Below, piece by piece: positions 44,092-55,340 of a stretch of 60,443 nucleotides of DNA. The number at the start of each line of letters is the position of its first letter. Positions within the stretch are counted from its first letter, which is position 1. A program made the position numbers and the translations under genes. Source of the stretch: an uncultured Gemmatimonadota bacterium (GTDB lineage Bacteria; Gemmatimonadota; Gemmatimonadetes; Palauibacterales; KS3-K002); contig CAYGAJ010000001.1 in NCBI GenBank assembly GCA_964347815.1, positions 1-60,443 on the forward strand, written 5' to 3'. The notes under the pieces were generated by a model, which ran no database searches, was not told where the DNA came from, and saw only the letters and a list, made by a program, of their open reading frames with translations.

Positions 44092-45039
44092 ATGGCCACA
44101 GACAAGTTCGATAGCACCCGTAAACGCCATCCAATCCAGGTGGTCGCCCGCCGGACTGGGCTCAGCGCGGACGTCCTGAGGGCGTGGGAGAAACGGTATT
44201 CGGTCGTCGAGCCGGGTCGCTCGGAGGGCGGGCGGCGTCTGTACTCCGACGATGACATCGAGCGCCTGCGCTTGCTGCGGCGGGCGAGTCGTGCCGGCCG
44301 GCGCATCAGCCAGATCGCCGCCCTGGACGCCAAGGAGTTGGCGGCGCTCGTGCACGAGGATGAGCGCGAAGAGGCCGTGGCGGGACCGGAGGTTCTGGGG
44401 GACGATTTTGCGGCGGCCGAGGTCCACCTCAAGGCGGCGTTGGCTGCGGCGGAGCGCCTGGACGGCCGGGAGCTGGAGAGGGTGCTGAACCGAGCGACGG
44501 CCGTGCTTAGCGCCCCGGTTCTGATCGAGCACGTGGCGGCTCCACTGATGCGGACGTTGGGTGCGCGGTGGAGCGAAGGGGGTGTGCGCCCGTCGCACGA
44601 GCATCTGTCGTCGGCAGTGCTGCTTCGTGTCTTGGGGAAGGTGTTCGAGGCGACCGAGCCGCCGAGCGTCGCACCGAATCTGGTGGTGGCCACACCCGCG
44701 AATCACGGGCACGAGTTCGGCGCGCTCTTCGCCGCTGTGATCGCGGCGGCCGAGGGGTGGCGAGTCACTTATCTGGGCCCCGACCTGCCCGCCGATGATC
44801 TCGCCGCCACCGTACGGGACACGGGGGCCGAAGCGCTGGCGCTCAGCCTTGTCTATCCGGAGGCGGACGCCGATCTCGAGAACGAGCTGCGCGAATTGCG
44901 GCTCAAGCTCCCGCCGGCGGTACCGATCCTCGTGGGTGGCGCGGCCACCTCCAGCTACCGCAAGGTTTTGGACGAGATCGAAGCGATCGAACTCACCGAC
45001 ATGGGTGAGTTGCGGGCCGCCCTCTCCAAGCTGAAGTAG
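44092..45039 (+). CDS. MerR-family regulator with C-terminal cobalamin-binding domain (CarH/LitR type)
   Basis: HTH IQVVARRTGLSADVLRAWEKRY...GGRRLYSDDDIERL. W-x9-E-H motif (W160...E170 H171). B12 loop GHEFGA and GWRVTYLGPDLP. ATG 44092 is preferred over TTG 44050, which coincides with the -35 box. Confidence 0.85.
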   Translation: MATDKFDSTRKRHPIQVVARRTGLSADVLRAWEKRYSVVEPGRSEGGRRLYSDDDIERLRLLRRASRAGRRISQIAALDAKELAALVHEDEREEAVAGPEVLGDDFAAAEVHLKAALAAAERLDGRELERVLNRATAVLSAPVLIEHVAAPLMRTLGARWSEGGVRPSHEHLSSAVLLRVLGKVFEATEPPSVAPNLVVATPANHGHEFGALFAAVIAAAEGWRVTYLGPDLPADDLAATVRDTGAEALALSLVYPEADADLENELRELRLKLPPAVPILVGGAATSSYRKVLDEIEAIELTDMGELRAALSKLK

Positions 45040-45098
45040 GGTGCGGGAGGCGGCCGTAGAGTTCAGGTCCTGCTCGCAAACCCGCCCGGACCCGCGGT

Positions 45099-46067
45099 CT
45101 AGAGCTCTCTCCCCTTACCGGAATCGCTGACGCTCATCAGAGCTTCCGGGTAGGGCTCGAAAAACGTCTGCGGCTTCAGGTAGTCCTGATCGAAGCGGAC
45201 GATCCAGGCCCGGAGGATGGAGGTTACGGCGCTCACCGGCGTTCGCCCGTTTCGGTACCGCTCCAGAGAGCTTTGAAACAGCCGCTTTTCGCTGGATTTA
45301 AGCTGGTCGGAAAAGTAGCCCGAGGCATGTTGCAGAACGTTGATGACCGACGTGTAGCGGGGCGTGCGCGCCAGCGCCGCCTGAAAGTGCCGTTCGTACG
45401 CATCGATCAGCTGGGCGAAGGGGCGCTTCTCGTGATTCGCCACGATCCGCCCCAGCGTGCGCATCTCCTTCTGGTTGTAAGCCATCAGCAGGAACTTGTT
45501 CACCGAATGGAAGCGAACCAGATCGCCCAGCGATCCCGAGCCCTTGAGCGCCCGGAAACGGGCCAGGCTGAAGAGCTTTGTGAGGAAGTGCTCGCGGATC
45601 CGGTAGTTGCGTAGCCGCCCCTCGTCTTCGATCGCCAATCCGCCGTACAGGTCCAGCACCCGCCCGCCGAACAGACCGGGACCCCGGGTGGACGACGCCG
45701 ATTTGTCGAGACCTTGATAGTGCTTGACGTCCGAGATGCCGCAGGACGGCGATCGGTTCTTGAGGATGAAGCCGTCCACGGCGCCAAGGGAGGTCAAGAA
45801 CCGATCGGAGAAGTCCTGCATGTCCGCGGTGACGTCGCGGTCCGTCGCCGGCTGCAGCAGCCGCGCCTCCCCACCCACGGCGACGATCCGGACGGGCTCG
45901 CGCGGGACCCCCAAGCCGATCTCCAGCTCGGGACACACGGGGACGAAGGTCACCCAAGGCTCCAGCTCACGCACGAAGTCGTAGGGGATTACCTGGGCGT
46001 TGTAACGAACCGGTTCAAGCTCCAGGCAGCGGCTCAGTACGACGACCGGCCTAACCTGCTCATCCAT
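45099..46067 (-). CDS. YbgA-family protein (DUF523 + DUF1722)
   Basis: VVVLSRCLELEPVRYNAQ (DUF523-type) and a C-terminal helical DUF1722-like part. In E. coli, ybgA precedes the photolyase gene. Confidence 0.8.
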   Translation of the reverse strand: MDEQVRPVVVLSRCLELEPVRYNAQVIPYDFVRELEPWVTFVPVCPELEIGLGVPREPVRIVAVGGEARLLQPATDRDVTADMQDFSDRFLTSLGAVDGFILKNRSPSCGISDVKHYQGLDKSASSTRGPGLFGGRVLDLYGGLAIEDEGRLRNYRIREHFLTKLFSLARFRALKGSGSLGDLVRFHSVNKFLLMAYNQKEMRTLGRIVANHEKRPFAQLIDAYERHFQAALARTPRYTSVINVLQHASGYFSDQLKSSEKRLFQSSLERYRNGRTPVSAVTSILRAWIVRFDQDYLKPQTFFEPYPEALMSVSDSGKGREL

Positions 46068-46198
46068 TCAACCGCACCTCCTGCGTCATCGACATGTCAC
46101 AAAGACTGGCCGGATCGGCCGCCGGCGACCTGGGGGGCGCGAGCGGGTGCCGGGGTCATTGTGTTTAGATAATATCAATATAATAACTGTATAACGCC

Positions 46199-46227
46199 TT
46201 GACAATACTTATTGTCTAGGTTATGTT
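46199..46227 (+). promoter_or_regulatory. Sigma70-type promoter with overlapping inverted repeat (candidate CarH/LitR operator)
   Basis: TTGACA (46199-46204), 17-nt spacer, TATGTT (46222-46227). Perfect inverted repeat GACAATA-ct-TATTGTC at 46201-46216. It lies in an AT-rich island within GC-rich DNA. Confidence 0.5.
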
Positions 46228-46315
46228 GCTGACGAAAATGTGGCAGCGCAATAGCGGCGCCCGTGCTCACTCTAAATCGCAGCCAGATTTGCCAACAGCC
46301 TGAGCTTGCCCGGGT

Positions 46316-47908
46316 ATGAGCGATCGACGACACACCCCCAGCCAGTACGCGGACCAGCGCGCAAAGCGGCAGCCGTCCGGCCCGCGGGAAGCCGCCGAGC
46401 AGGCGAAGGCGGAGCTTGCGCCGGTCGCCGGCCAGCCGCCGCTCGTCTTGCTGACCGGGGCGACAGGCTACGTCGGGGGACGTCTCATGCGGGCGCTGAA
46501 TCGGCGCGGCGTGCGCCTCCGCTGCTTAGCACGGAGGCCCGAGTACCTGGAGCCGAAAGTCGTCACGGGAACGGAGGTCGTCAAAGGCGATGCAGACGAT
46601 CTGCCGTCGCTGCGGCGGGCACTGACCGGGGTGGATGTCGCCTATTATCTGATCCACTCCATGGGTTCCTCGGAGGACTTCGAGCAAAAAGATCGGCGCG
46701 CTGCGGAGAACTTCGCGCGAGCGGCGGAAGCCGCGGGGGTTCGGCGAATCATCTACCTGGGTGGACTGGGTCGAGAGCCCGGTCTGTCACAGCACCTGCG
46801 GAGCCGGCAGGAGGTCGGGCGTATCCTTCGCGGATCGGGAGTGCCGACGCTCGAATTCCGCGCTTCGATCATCATCGGGTCGGGCAGTCTGTCGTTCGAG
46901 ATGATCCGCTCACTGGTGGAGAAGCTGCCGGTGATGGTGACGCCCCGCTGGGTGCGGGTGCCTGCTCAGCCGCTCGCCGTGGAAGATCTGATCGACTACC
47001 TGGTAGAGGCGCTGGAGGTCGCGGTCGAGGGCGACGCCGTCTTCGAGATCGGTGGCGCGGACCCGGTCTCCTATATGGACATCATGAGGGAGTACGCGCG
47101 CCAGCGTGGACTGCGGCGATTGATGATTCCGGTTCCTGTCCTCTCGCCAAAGCTGTCGAGTCTGTGGCTGGGGCTCGTTACCCCCGTCTACGCTCGGGTG
47201 GGAAGAGATCTCATCGACAGTGTTCGCAATCCGACGGTGGTGGAGGATGATGCGGCCTTGCGGGCTTTCGACGTACGTCCCCGTGGGGTGAAAGAGGCGA
47301 TCAGGCGCGCGCTGATCAATGAAGACCAAGAGTTTGCGGAGACGCGCTGGTCCGACGCGCTCTCATCCGGCGACCGTCAGAGTTGGGGGGGCAAGAAGTT
47401 CGGCTCCCGCATCGTGGACTCGCGGTCGGTTTGGGTTCCTTACGAGCCCCGGCAGGCGTTCCGGCCAATTCGGAGGCTAGGTGGAGAAGTTGGTTGGTAC
47501 TTCGCCGACTGGTTGTGGCGCCTCCGGGGCTTTATCGACCTCTGGTTCGGTGGCGTGGGCTCGCGTCGCGGGCGTCGCGACGCGGAGCAGCTCGCGCCCG
47601 GCGAAACCGTGGACTTCTGGCGGGTGGAGCAGTTCACGCCCGACGAACTGCTGCGCCTGTCGGCGGAGATGAAGCTGCCGGGACGCGCCTGGCTTCAGTT
47701 CGAGGTGACGCGCCAGGGCGATGGAAGCGTCGTGCGTCAGACCGCGATCTTCGACCCGGTCGGCCTGTTCGGCCACCTGTACTGGTACACTCTCTACCCG
47801 CTTCACCAGCTCGTTTTCGCCGGGATGCTGCGTGGGATGGTCAAGGCGATGAACGCGAATGGTGGGGAACGCCCCATCGGCGCGCTGCAGGCCGGTGCAG
47901 CGGCTTAG
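46316..47908 (+). CDS. NAD(P)H-binding SDR-like protein with C-terminal DUF2867-like domain (530 aa)
   Basis: Rossmann motif VLLTGATGYVGGRL. C-terminal ...WRVEQFTPDELLRLSAEMKLPGRAWLQFEV is recalled as DUF2867-like. Confidence 0.75.
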   Translation: MSDRRHTPSQYADQRAKRQPSGPREAAEQAKAELAPVAGQPPLVLLTGATGYVGGRLMRALNRRGVRLRCLARRPEYLEPKVVTGTEVVKGDADDLPSLRRALTGVDVAYYLIHSMGSSEDFEQKDRRAAENFARAAEAAGVRRIIYLGGLGREPGLSQHLRSRQEVGRILRGSGVPTLEFRASIIIGSGSLSFEMIRSLVEKLPVMVTPRWVRVPAQPLAVEDLIDYLVEALEVAVEGDAVFEIGGADPVSYMDIMREYARQRGLRRLMIPVPVLSPKLSSLWLGLVTPVYARVGRDLIDSVRNPTVVEDDAALRAFDVRPRGVKEAIRRALINEDQEFAETRWSDALSSGDRQSWGGKKFGSRIVDSRSVWVPYEPRQAFRPIRRLGGEVGWYFADWLWRLRGFIDLWFGGVGSRRGRRDAEQLAPGETVDFWRVEQFTPDELLRLSAEMKLPGRAWLQFEVTRQGDGSVVRQTAIFDPVGLFGHLYWYTLYPLHQLVFAGMLRGMVKAMNANGGERPIGALQAGAAA

Positions 47909-47970
47909 CTCAGGGTCGGAGAGTCAAGTCTCATCAGAAAGAGGTCGGCCCCACGGAGAGAAAACAAATT

Positions 47971-48780
47971 CTATGACTTCGCCAAACTGTTCTGACAGCT
48001 TACGCAGAAATACGTCGTCCTTCGAAGCTCACCCTGGCGCACCATCTCAATCATCGAGTTGCAACGAAAGCACGGAAGGCCCCGTCGGCGGTACGTCCAG
48101 TAGCGTTCTCCGCCCCGCCGGAGGCTAGGGTGCAGGGTGACCACCGGACCGGAACGGCGCGCGTTCTCGAGCATGGCGGGAATCAGGCGGTCCCAGAGTC
48201 GCTCGACCTGAGTTCGCTGCAGCGACTTCACAGTCGCCCGTGGATCGAGTCCCGCCAGAAACAATCCCTCTGATTTGAAGATGTTGCCGATGCCCGCGAC
48301 GATCCGTTGATCGAGCACGGCGTCGCCGAGCGCTCGGTCGTCGGCGCGGCGTAGGCGCTCCCAAGCCTGATCTCGATCGAAACCGGGCTGGAGGATGTCG
48401 GGGCCGAGCGAGGTGATTCGCTTGTGCGTCCGCAGCTCTTCCGAGGTCAACAGTTCAACGACAGGGCCGTTGAAGAAGACCGCCTCGTGCGTTGCGGTGC
48501 GAAGCCGCAATCGGACGTGCTTCTCGGGCTTACGCAGCTTCAGCGGCGGCCTGCCGAACTGCCATGAACCGTAGATCATGGCGTGACAATGGAGCGTGAA
48601 GCCCTCTGAAAGATGCAACAGCAGGTGTTTTCCGTGGGTCTGGATCTCGCTTAGCTGTTGACCGGACAAACCAGCGCCTCGTTCGGCCCACCGCTTCGGC
48701 AGGTCGACCTGCACCAGCGGCTGCCCGACGAGAGGCCGCAGCGATCGCGCCCAGCGCAGGATGCTATGTCCCTCCGCCAT
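47971..48780 (-). CDS. nei: Fpg/Nei-family DNA glycosylase (Nei-like), N-terminus MAEGH rather than MPEGH
   Basis: THGKHLL lysine motif, H2TH DQRIVAGIGNIFKSEGLFLAGLDP, zinc finger CFRC-x16-CVSC. The start overlaps the upstream gene by 17 nt. Confidence 0.85.
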   Translation of the reverse strand: MAEGHSILRWARSLRPLVGQPLVQVDLPKRWAERGAGLSGQQLSEIQTHGKHLLLHLSEGFTLHCHAMIYGSWQFGRPPLKLRKPEKHVRLRLRTATHEAVFFNGPVVELLTSEELRTHKRITSLGPDILQPGFDRDQAWERLRRADDRALGDAVLDQRIVAGIGNIFKSEGLFLAGLDPRATVKSLQRTQVERLWDRLIPAMLENARRSGPVVTLHPSLRRGGERYWTYRRRGLPCFRCNSMIEMVRQGELRRTTYFCVSCQNSLAKS

Positions 48781-50173
48781 CGCTTTCGTCCGGATCCATT
48801 ATGCCAAGCTCGTGCCGTAGAGCGCTCTCCAGCGTCGGGTAGAGGTAACGGAATCCCGCGGAGCGCTGGAGGCGGCGCGGCTCGACCCGGGCTCCGTCGA
48901 GGAACAGTGCCTGCCCCATCTCTCCGAAAGCCGTCCTCAGGACGAAGGCCGGAACGGGTAGGAACGTCGGGCGGCGGAGCACCGCTCCGAGGGTGTGTGT
49001 GAAGGCCCGGTTGCTGAGCGGCTGTGGGGAAACGACGTTGACCGGGCCTTCCAGGTCATCGGCGTAGGCGAGGTAGAGGATGGCGCCGAGGAGGTCGTCG
49101 AGGGCGATCCAGCTCATGTACTGCCGCCCGCTGCCCAGCACACCGCCTAGGCCCAGACGGAAGGGAAGCAGCAGGCGCGGCAGGACGCCGCCTGCGGCCG
49201 TGATGACCAGACCCACCCGCAGGTTGACGACCCGGATTCCCGCCGCCCGAGCCGGCTCCGTCGCGGCCTCCCACTCGCGGCACAACTCGGCGAGGAAGCC
49301 AACGCCCGGGGGGTTGTCTTCATGGACCGCCTCGTCGCCTCGATCCCCGTAATAACCGACCGCCGAGGTGGTGATCAGGGTGTGGGGCGGTCGATCGAGA
49401 CGGGCGAGCGATTCAGCGAGGAAGCGGGTGACCTTGACGCGGCTGTCCCAGATCTCGCGTTTTAGCGAGTCCGTCCAGCGCCAGGCAGAGACGCTTCGCC
49501 CTGACAGGTGCACCACGACGTCCGTGCCTTCGAGACCGCTGGGATCGATGTGCCCGGCGTAAGGGTTCCAACCAACCTCCCGACTGGCAGGTCGCGGAGT
49601 GCGGCGAACCAGCGTCGTCACCTTGTGGCCTCCCGTCGTGAGGAACGCCGCCAGGTTGCGCCCGATGAGACCGGAGGCTCCGCTGATGGTCACATGAAGG
49701 CGCTGCCGGCCCCCGTGCGCGCGGTGACGGCCCAGATCGTCGGCGGTGCGTCGGTGGCGAAAGCTGAACGTACGGTGAAGGTCGCTACGGACTTTCGATC
49801 CGGCTAGCAGTTCACCGAGCATGCCGCCCGGAAGACGATAGGTGATCTCGTCTTCCAGATACGACGTGTCGCCGTTCGCGGCATCGATCCGGTGCGCGTG
49901 GTGCCAGACCGCGAAGGGTCCACTCACTTGCTCATCGACGAAACGTCGTCCGGGCTCGAGGTCGCTGTGAACGGCGACCCAGTGCAGCTTGAACGGACCT
50001 TTCTTGAGCTGAATGACCGTGCGTGCGCCTTCTTGAATTCCACCCGTCCGCTCCAACACGCGGATGCTTTCCCATGGCGGTATGAGGCGCTCGAGCGCGC
50101 CCTCCCGCGCGTGCCAGTCGAAGACCTCCGCCGCTGGTGCATTGAGCAGAACGCGTCGTTTGAAAACCGGCAT
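48764..50173 (-). CDS. SRPBCC domain fused to a YfcH/TIGR01777-type NAD-dependent epimerase-family domain
   Basis: N-terminal VLLNAPAAEVFDWHAREGALERLIPPW (SRPBCC). ISGASGLIGRNL Rossmann motif and a DUF1731-like C-terminus. Confidence 0.8.
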   Translation of the reverse strand: MPVFKRRVLLNAPAAEVFDWHAREGALERLIPPWESIRVLERTGGIQEGARTVIQLKKGPFKLHWVAVHSDLEPGRRFVDEQVSGPFAVWHHAHRIDAANGDTSYLEDEITYRLPGGMLGELLAGSKVRSDLHRTFSFRHRRTADDLGRHRAHGGRQRLHVTISGASGLIGRNLAAFLTTGGHKVTTLVRRTPRPASREVGWNPYAGHIDPSGLEGTDVVVHLSGRSVSAWRWTDSLKREIWDSRVKVTRFLAESLARLDRPPHTLITTSAVGYYGDRGDEAVHEDNPPGVGFLAELCREWEAATEPARAAGIRVVNLRVGLVITAAGGVLPRLLLPFRLGLGGVLGSGRQYMSWIALDDLLGAILYLAYADDLEGPVNVVSPQPLSNRAFTHTLGAVLRRPTFLPVPAFVLRTAFGEMGQALFLDGARVEPRRLQRSAGFRYLYPTLESALRHELGIMDPDESDGGGT

Positions 50174-50177
50174 CGGA

Positions 50178-51850
50178 TCAATCGGGTTCGCTGGGCGCGT
50201 CCGCCGGGCTCAAAGTCTCGGCATCGTTCAGCGTGTCGCGAACCCAGCGGAAAACCTCAGCGTCGTGGCGTCGACGCTTCTTATCGCGGCGGCTCAGGTT
50301 GGCGAGCGGCAGGCGAAGGCGTGGGTTGTCGTCGAGCTGCTTCTTGTGACGCGCCAGAAAGGCCCAGTAAAGATTCGTGATGGGGCAGTCGGTCTTGGGA
50401 TCGAACTCACAGCCGGCACAATAATCGCTCATCCGATTGATGTAGGCTGCGCCCGACACGTACGGCTTTGTCGTCATCAGCTCGCCCAGCGCGAAGCTGC
50501 CCATCCCCAGAACGTTCGGCTCGACCACCCAGTCGTAGGCGTCGGCGTACGCGGCCCAGAACCAGTCCGTCAGCTCCCGCGGCGATGTGTCGATCAACGT
50601 CGCGATGTTGGACAGGACCATGAGGCGTGTGATGTGATGCCCGTAGCCGCTGGCCCAGACGTCGGCGACCACGTGATCGAGGCAGCGCAGGCCAGAGGTC
50701 TCGCCCCAAAACGCTGCCGGTAAAGGCTGGCGGCTCTCCAGTGCCGACGGTTCCGCGCCTCCGTCGAGATGGTCCACCTGCTCGCTCGCCGGCCACCGCT
50801 CACCCGACCAGCGCTCGTAGCCGCCGTCGCCGGGCGTTTCGCCAACCGGCATCTCACCGTCCGGGAGTTGTCGAAACCCGTCGGTGGCCCGATGGACGTG
50901 GCGGACGAACTCGCGCCAGCCGAGGACCTGACGGACAAACCCCTCCTTGCTGGGAAGTGGGATGTCCAACGCGAGGACCTCATCGACAATCCGGGCTGGG
51001 AGTAGACGGTGCAGGTTCAGCAGAGCCGACACGCGCGTGTGAAAGAGGCCGCTCGAGCGCACTGACATCGCGTCTTCGTACGGACCGAAGCTAGCCAGGC
51101 AATGCTGCTTCGCCCATTCCCACAGCTGTTCCGCGTCCTTCGCGGTGGCCGGTAGCGAGTCGAGTTCGAGCGTGCCGGGATGATGATCGAAGCGGCTACG
51201 GATGAGATCTGCCACTTCCTCTTTGATCTCGTCGACCGGGAAGGTCGGCGCCTCGGGTGCCGGCGGATCGCCGTCCCAGCGCTCCCGGTTTTCGGCGTCG
51301 AAGCTGTACTTTCCACCCACCGGCTTTCCGTCCTCCATCAGAATGCCGGTTTCTTGGCGCAGGTGTCGGTAGAAGGCGTCCATCCGCCAGGGCGGACCAC
51401 TCTTCTGACTGGCCTCGAATTGCTCGGTCGTGGTGAGCCAACCCTCATGGTCCAGCTGCTCGAGAACCCCGTCGTCGACCAGGCGTTGGAGATCGACGCG
51501 CAGTTCTCGCTCCGCCGGCTCCATCATTCGCAGGGAGCCCAGCTCCCCGGCGACGCGCTCGAGCGCTTCCGGATAGGGCCGATCGGTTGTCTGGTATCGG
51601 ACGGCGACGCCCCGTTTCGCCTGCTCCAGGGCGAAGTGGCGCTGGTTGGCGAGGATCAAGCCCAGCTTCTGCTTGTGATACGGTCGCCGCTCGCCTTTCC
51701 AGTTGCTTTCGATCAGGACGATGCCGACGTCGCCCGGCTGCTCTTGCGCCAGGGGACCGATCCGGTCCGAGAGCTGGTCGTACGGGACGTAGATCCAGCG
51801 CCGGCCCCGGGCTTTCGCGTTGAGTTGGTCGAGGCGCGCGCGGAAGCTGT

Positions 51851-51854
<4 letters not shown>
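50178..51854 (-). CDS. Cryptochrome/photolyase-family protein of the FeS-BCP (PhrB/CryB, (6-4)-photolyase-like) type (558 aa)
   Basis: ATG at 51854 (MNSFRARLDQL) overlaps the upstream stop (ATGA). GYGHHITRLMVL and the Cys cluster YCAGCEFDPKTDCPITNLYWAFL. The longer 694-aa ORF is rejected. Confidence 0.85.
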
Positions 51855-53413
<1,559 letters not shown>

Positions 53414-54392
53414 CGGTCAGCTTCATTGCACCGATGTCATCAAGTGAATCGAGATAGCTCCCCACCACCTGACCTCCTACCAAAATGGGCACCCTGGCCG
53501 GAAGCAGGCGACGCAGCTCGCGCAGCTCCTCGGCCACTTTCGGATCGCTCGGCGGGTAGATGAGGCTCAGCGCCACGGCCTGGGCCCCGGTTATCTCCAC
53601 GGCCGTGGCGATGGACGCCGCCGGCAAATCCGCTCCCAGGTATGTGACGTGCCAGCCGTCGGCCGCGGCGGCGGCGGCCGCCAGCATGGCTCCAATCTCG
53701 TGATGCTGTCCCGACGGCGTGGCCACCACCAGGGACGGTCCCGCATCGCCCTGCGCGTTGGCCCGGATGGCATCCAGCGTTCGTCGCACCACGGTGGTCG
53801 CCAGCCGTTCGTGGCCCGGGGTCAGCTGGTCGTGCCACCAGAGGTCACCGATCCGGGTCATCAGCGGGGCGACAAGGTCGTCGATCAGCTCGGCCGCCTC
53901 GAGCGCCAGGGCGGCCCGGCCCAGGATCGACTCCAGGCGGCGCGCATTCATGTCTTGCACGGCCTCGAGCGCCTCTTCCAGGAAGCTCTGCGCTCGCCCC
54001 TGCCAAGTACCTCGGCCGTTCCGTTCCGTCTCCGCTCGCTGGTCTTTGCGGACCAGGCGCTCCAGCTCGTCGGTCGTGAGACGGGCGACTTGTCCAATTC
54101 GCCGGCCCGCTTCGAGAGCGCGGTTGATCAGGTGCAGGCGCTCGATGTCGGTGTCCGAATAGTACCTCTGGCCACCCGGGCTGCGTTCGGGCTGCACCGC
54201 CCCGTACCGGTGTTCCCAGGCGCGCAGGACGTCCCGGGAGAGGCCGGTCCGCCGCGAGACGACTCCAATAGGGTGTTCTTTCTTACCATTCATGCCGGGC
54301 TCGCACCGAGTCGGAAGCCACGATTCTGTACAGTACGCAGGGGAGTGTACTATGCTGTACATATCGTGTCTATAGATATCCTTGATATAATC

Positions 54393-54421
54393 TTGACAGA
54401 CTTATCCCGTCTATTTATATT
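54393..54421 (+). promoter_or_regulatory. Sigma70-type promoter in an AT-rich divergent region upstream of the DUF378/fasciclin genes
   Basis: TTGACA (54393-54398), 17-nt spacer, TATATT (54416-54421). The spacer contains ACTTAT and GTCTA, as does the promoter at 46199. Confidence 0.5.
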
Positions 54422-54500
54422 GTCGGACAACAACTGAACAACAGTGATCGCGGGCCTCTCAGGCGCCGCGATAGGTAAAACAAAAAGGAGACAGCAAGCA

Positions 54501-54722
54501 ATGAAGAGTCTGGATGTCATCGCCGCCGTGTTGTTGGTGATCGGCGGAGCGAACTGGGGGCTCGTCGGGCTGCTTGGCTTCGACCTCGTCGCCAGCCTCT
54601 TCGGCGACATGAGCCTTCTCAGCCGGCTGGTCTACTGCCTCGTGGGTCTGGGCGCTCTGTATCAGGCCGTAACGTGGCGGGCGATCCAGCGGCGTTGGGC
54701 CCTCGCCTGGGCCCGCGGTTAG
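54501..54722 (+). CDS. DUF378-domain small membrane protein (73 aa)
   Basis: AAAGGAG lies 10 nt before ATG 54501. IAAVLLVIGGANWGLVGLLGFDLVASLFG is the DUF378 pattern. Confidence 0.8.
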   Translation: MKSLDVIAAVLLVIGGANWGLVGLLGFDLVASLFGDMSLLSRLVYCLVGLGALYQAVTWRAIQRRWALAWARG

Positions 54723-54777
54723 TAGAGTTCTCAGCGAGCAGTGTGAAGTTTCACTACACCATCAAAGGAGGTAACCG

Positions 54778-55290
54778 ATGTTGAAGCGCACCATGACTTC
54801 TCTCGTGGCCCTGGCGGCCGTCTTCACTTTCGTCGGCACCGGCCTGGCTCAGCATAGCTATGAGTCGAAGAAGAGCGAGAAGGACATCGTCGACATCGCC
54901 GCGTCGGCCGGCTCGTTCGAGACGCTAGTTGCGGCCGTGAAGGCCGCGGGCCTCGTCGAGACGCTGAAGGGCGACGGTCCGTTCACGGTCTTCGCGCCGA
55001 CCGACGACGCGTTTGCGAAGCTGCCTGCGGGCACGGTGGAGGAGCTGCTGAAGCCGGAGAACCGCAGCAAGCTGCAGGCCGTACTCACGTATCACGTGGT
55101 GCCGGGTAAGGTTCTGGCCCAGGATGTGGTGAAGTTGGAGTCGGCGAAGACGGCCCAGGGCTCGAGCGTCAAGATTTCGTTGAAAGACGGTCAGCCCATG
55201 GTCGACAATGCTCGCATCGTCAAGACGGACATCATGGCGAGCAATGGCGTGATTCACGTGATCGACAGCGTGATTCTGCCGAAACTGTAA
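54778..55290 (+). CDS. Fasciclin (FAS1) domain protein with signal peptide
   Basis: [17 protein letters not shown]...[10 protein letters not shown]...[13 protein letters not shown]. Confidence 0.9.
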   Translation: MLKRTMTSLVALAAVFTFVGTGLAQHSYESKKSEKDIVDIAASAGSFETLVAAVKAAGLVETLKGDGPFTVFAPTDDAFAKLPAGTVEELLKPENRSKLQAVLTYHVVPGKVLAQDVVKLESAKTAQGSSVKISLKDGQPMVDNARIVKTDIMASNGVIHVIDSVILPKL

Positions 55291-55340
55291 GGGAGTTTCT
55301 CCGACGTGGCGGGTGAATCCGCCACTCAAGCAGCGTCGAT

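Noticed and set aside
47909-47970. The convergent gap between the SDR/DUF2867 and nei genes, inspected for a terminator hairpin.
   Set aside because: No stem of 5 bp or more with a U tract was found in either orientation.
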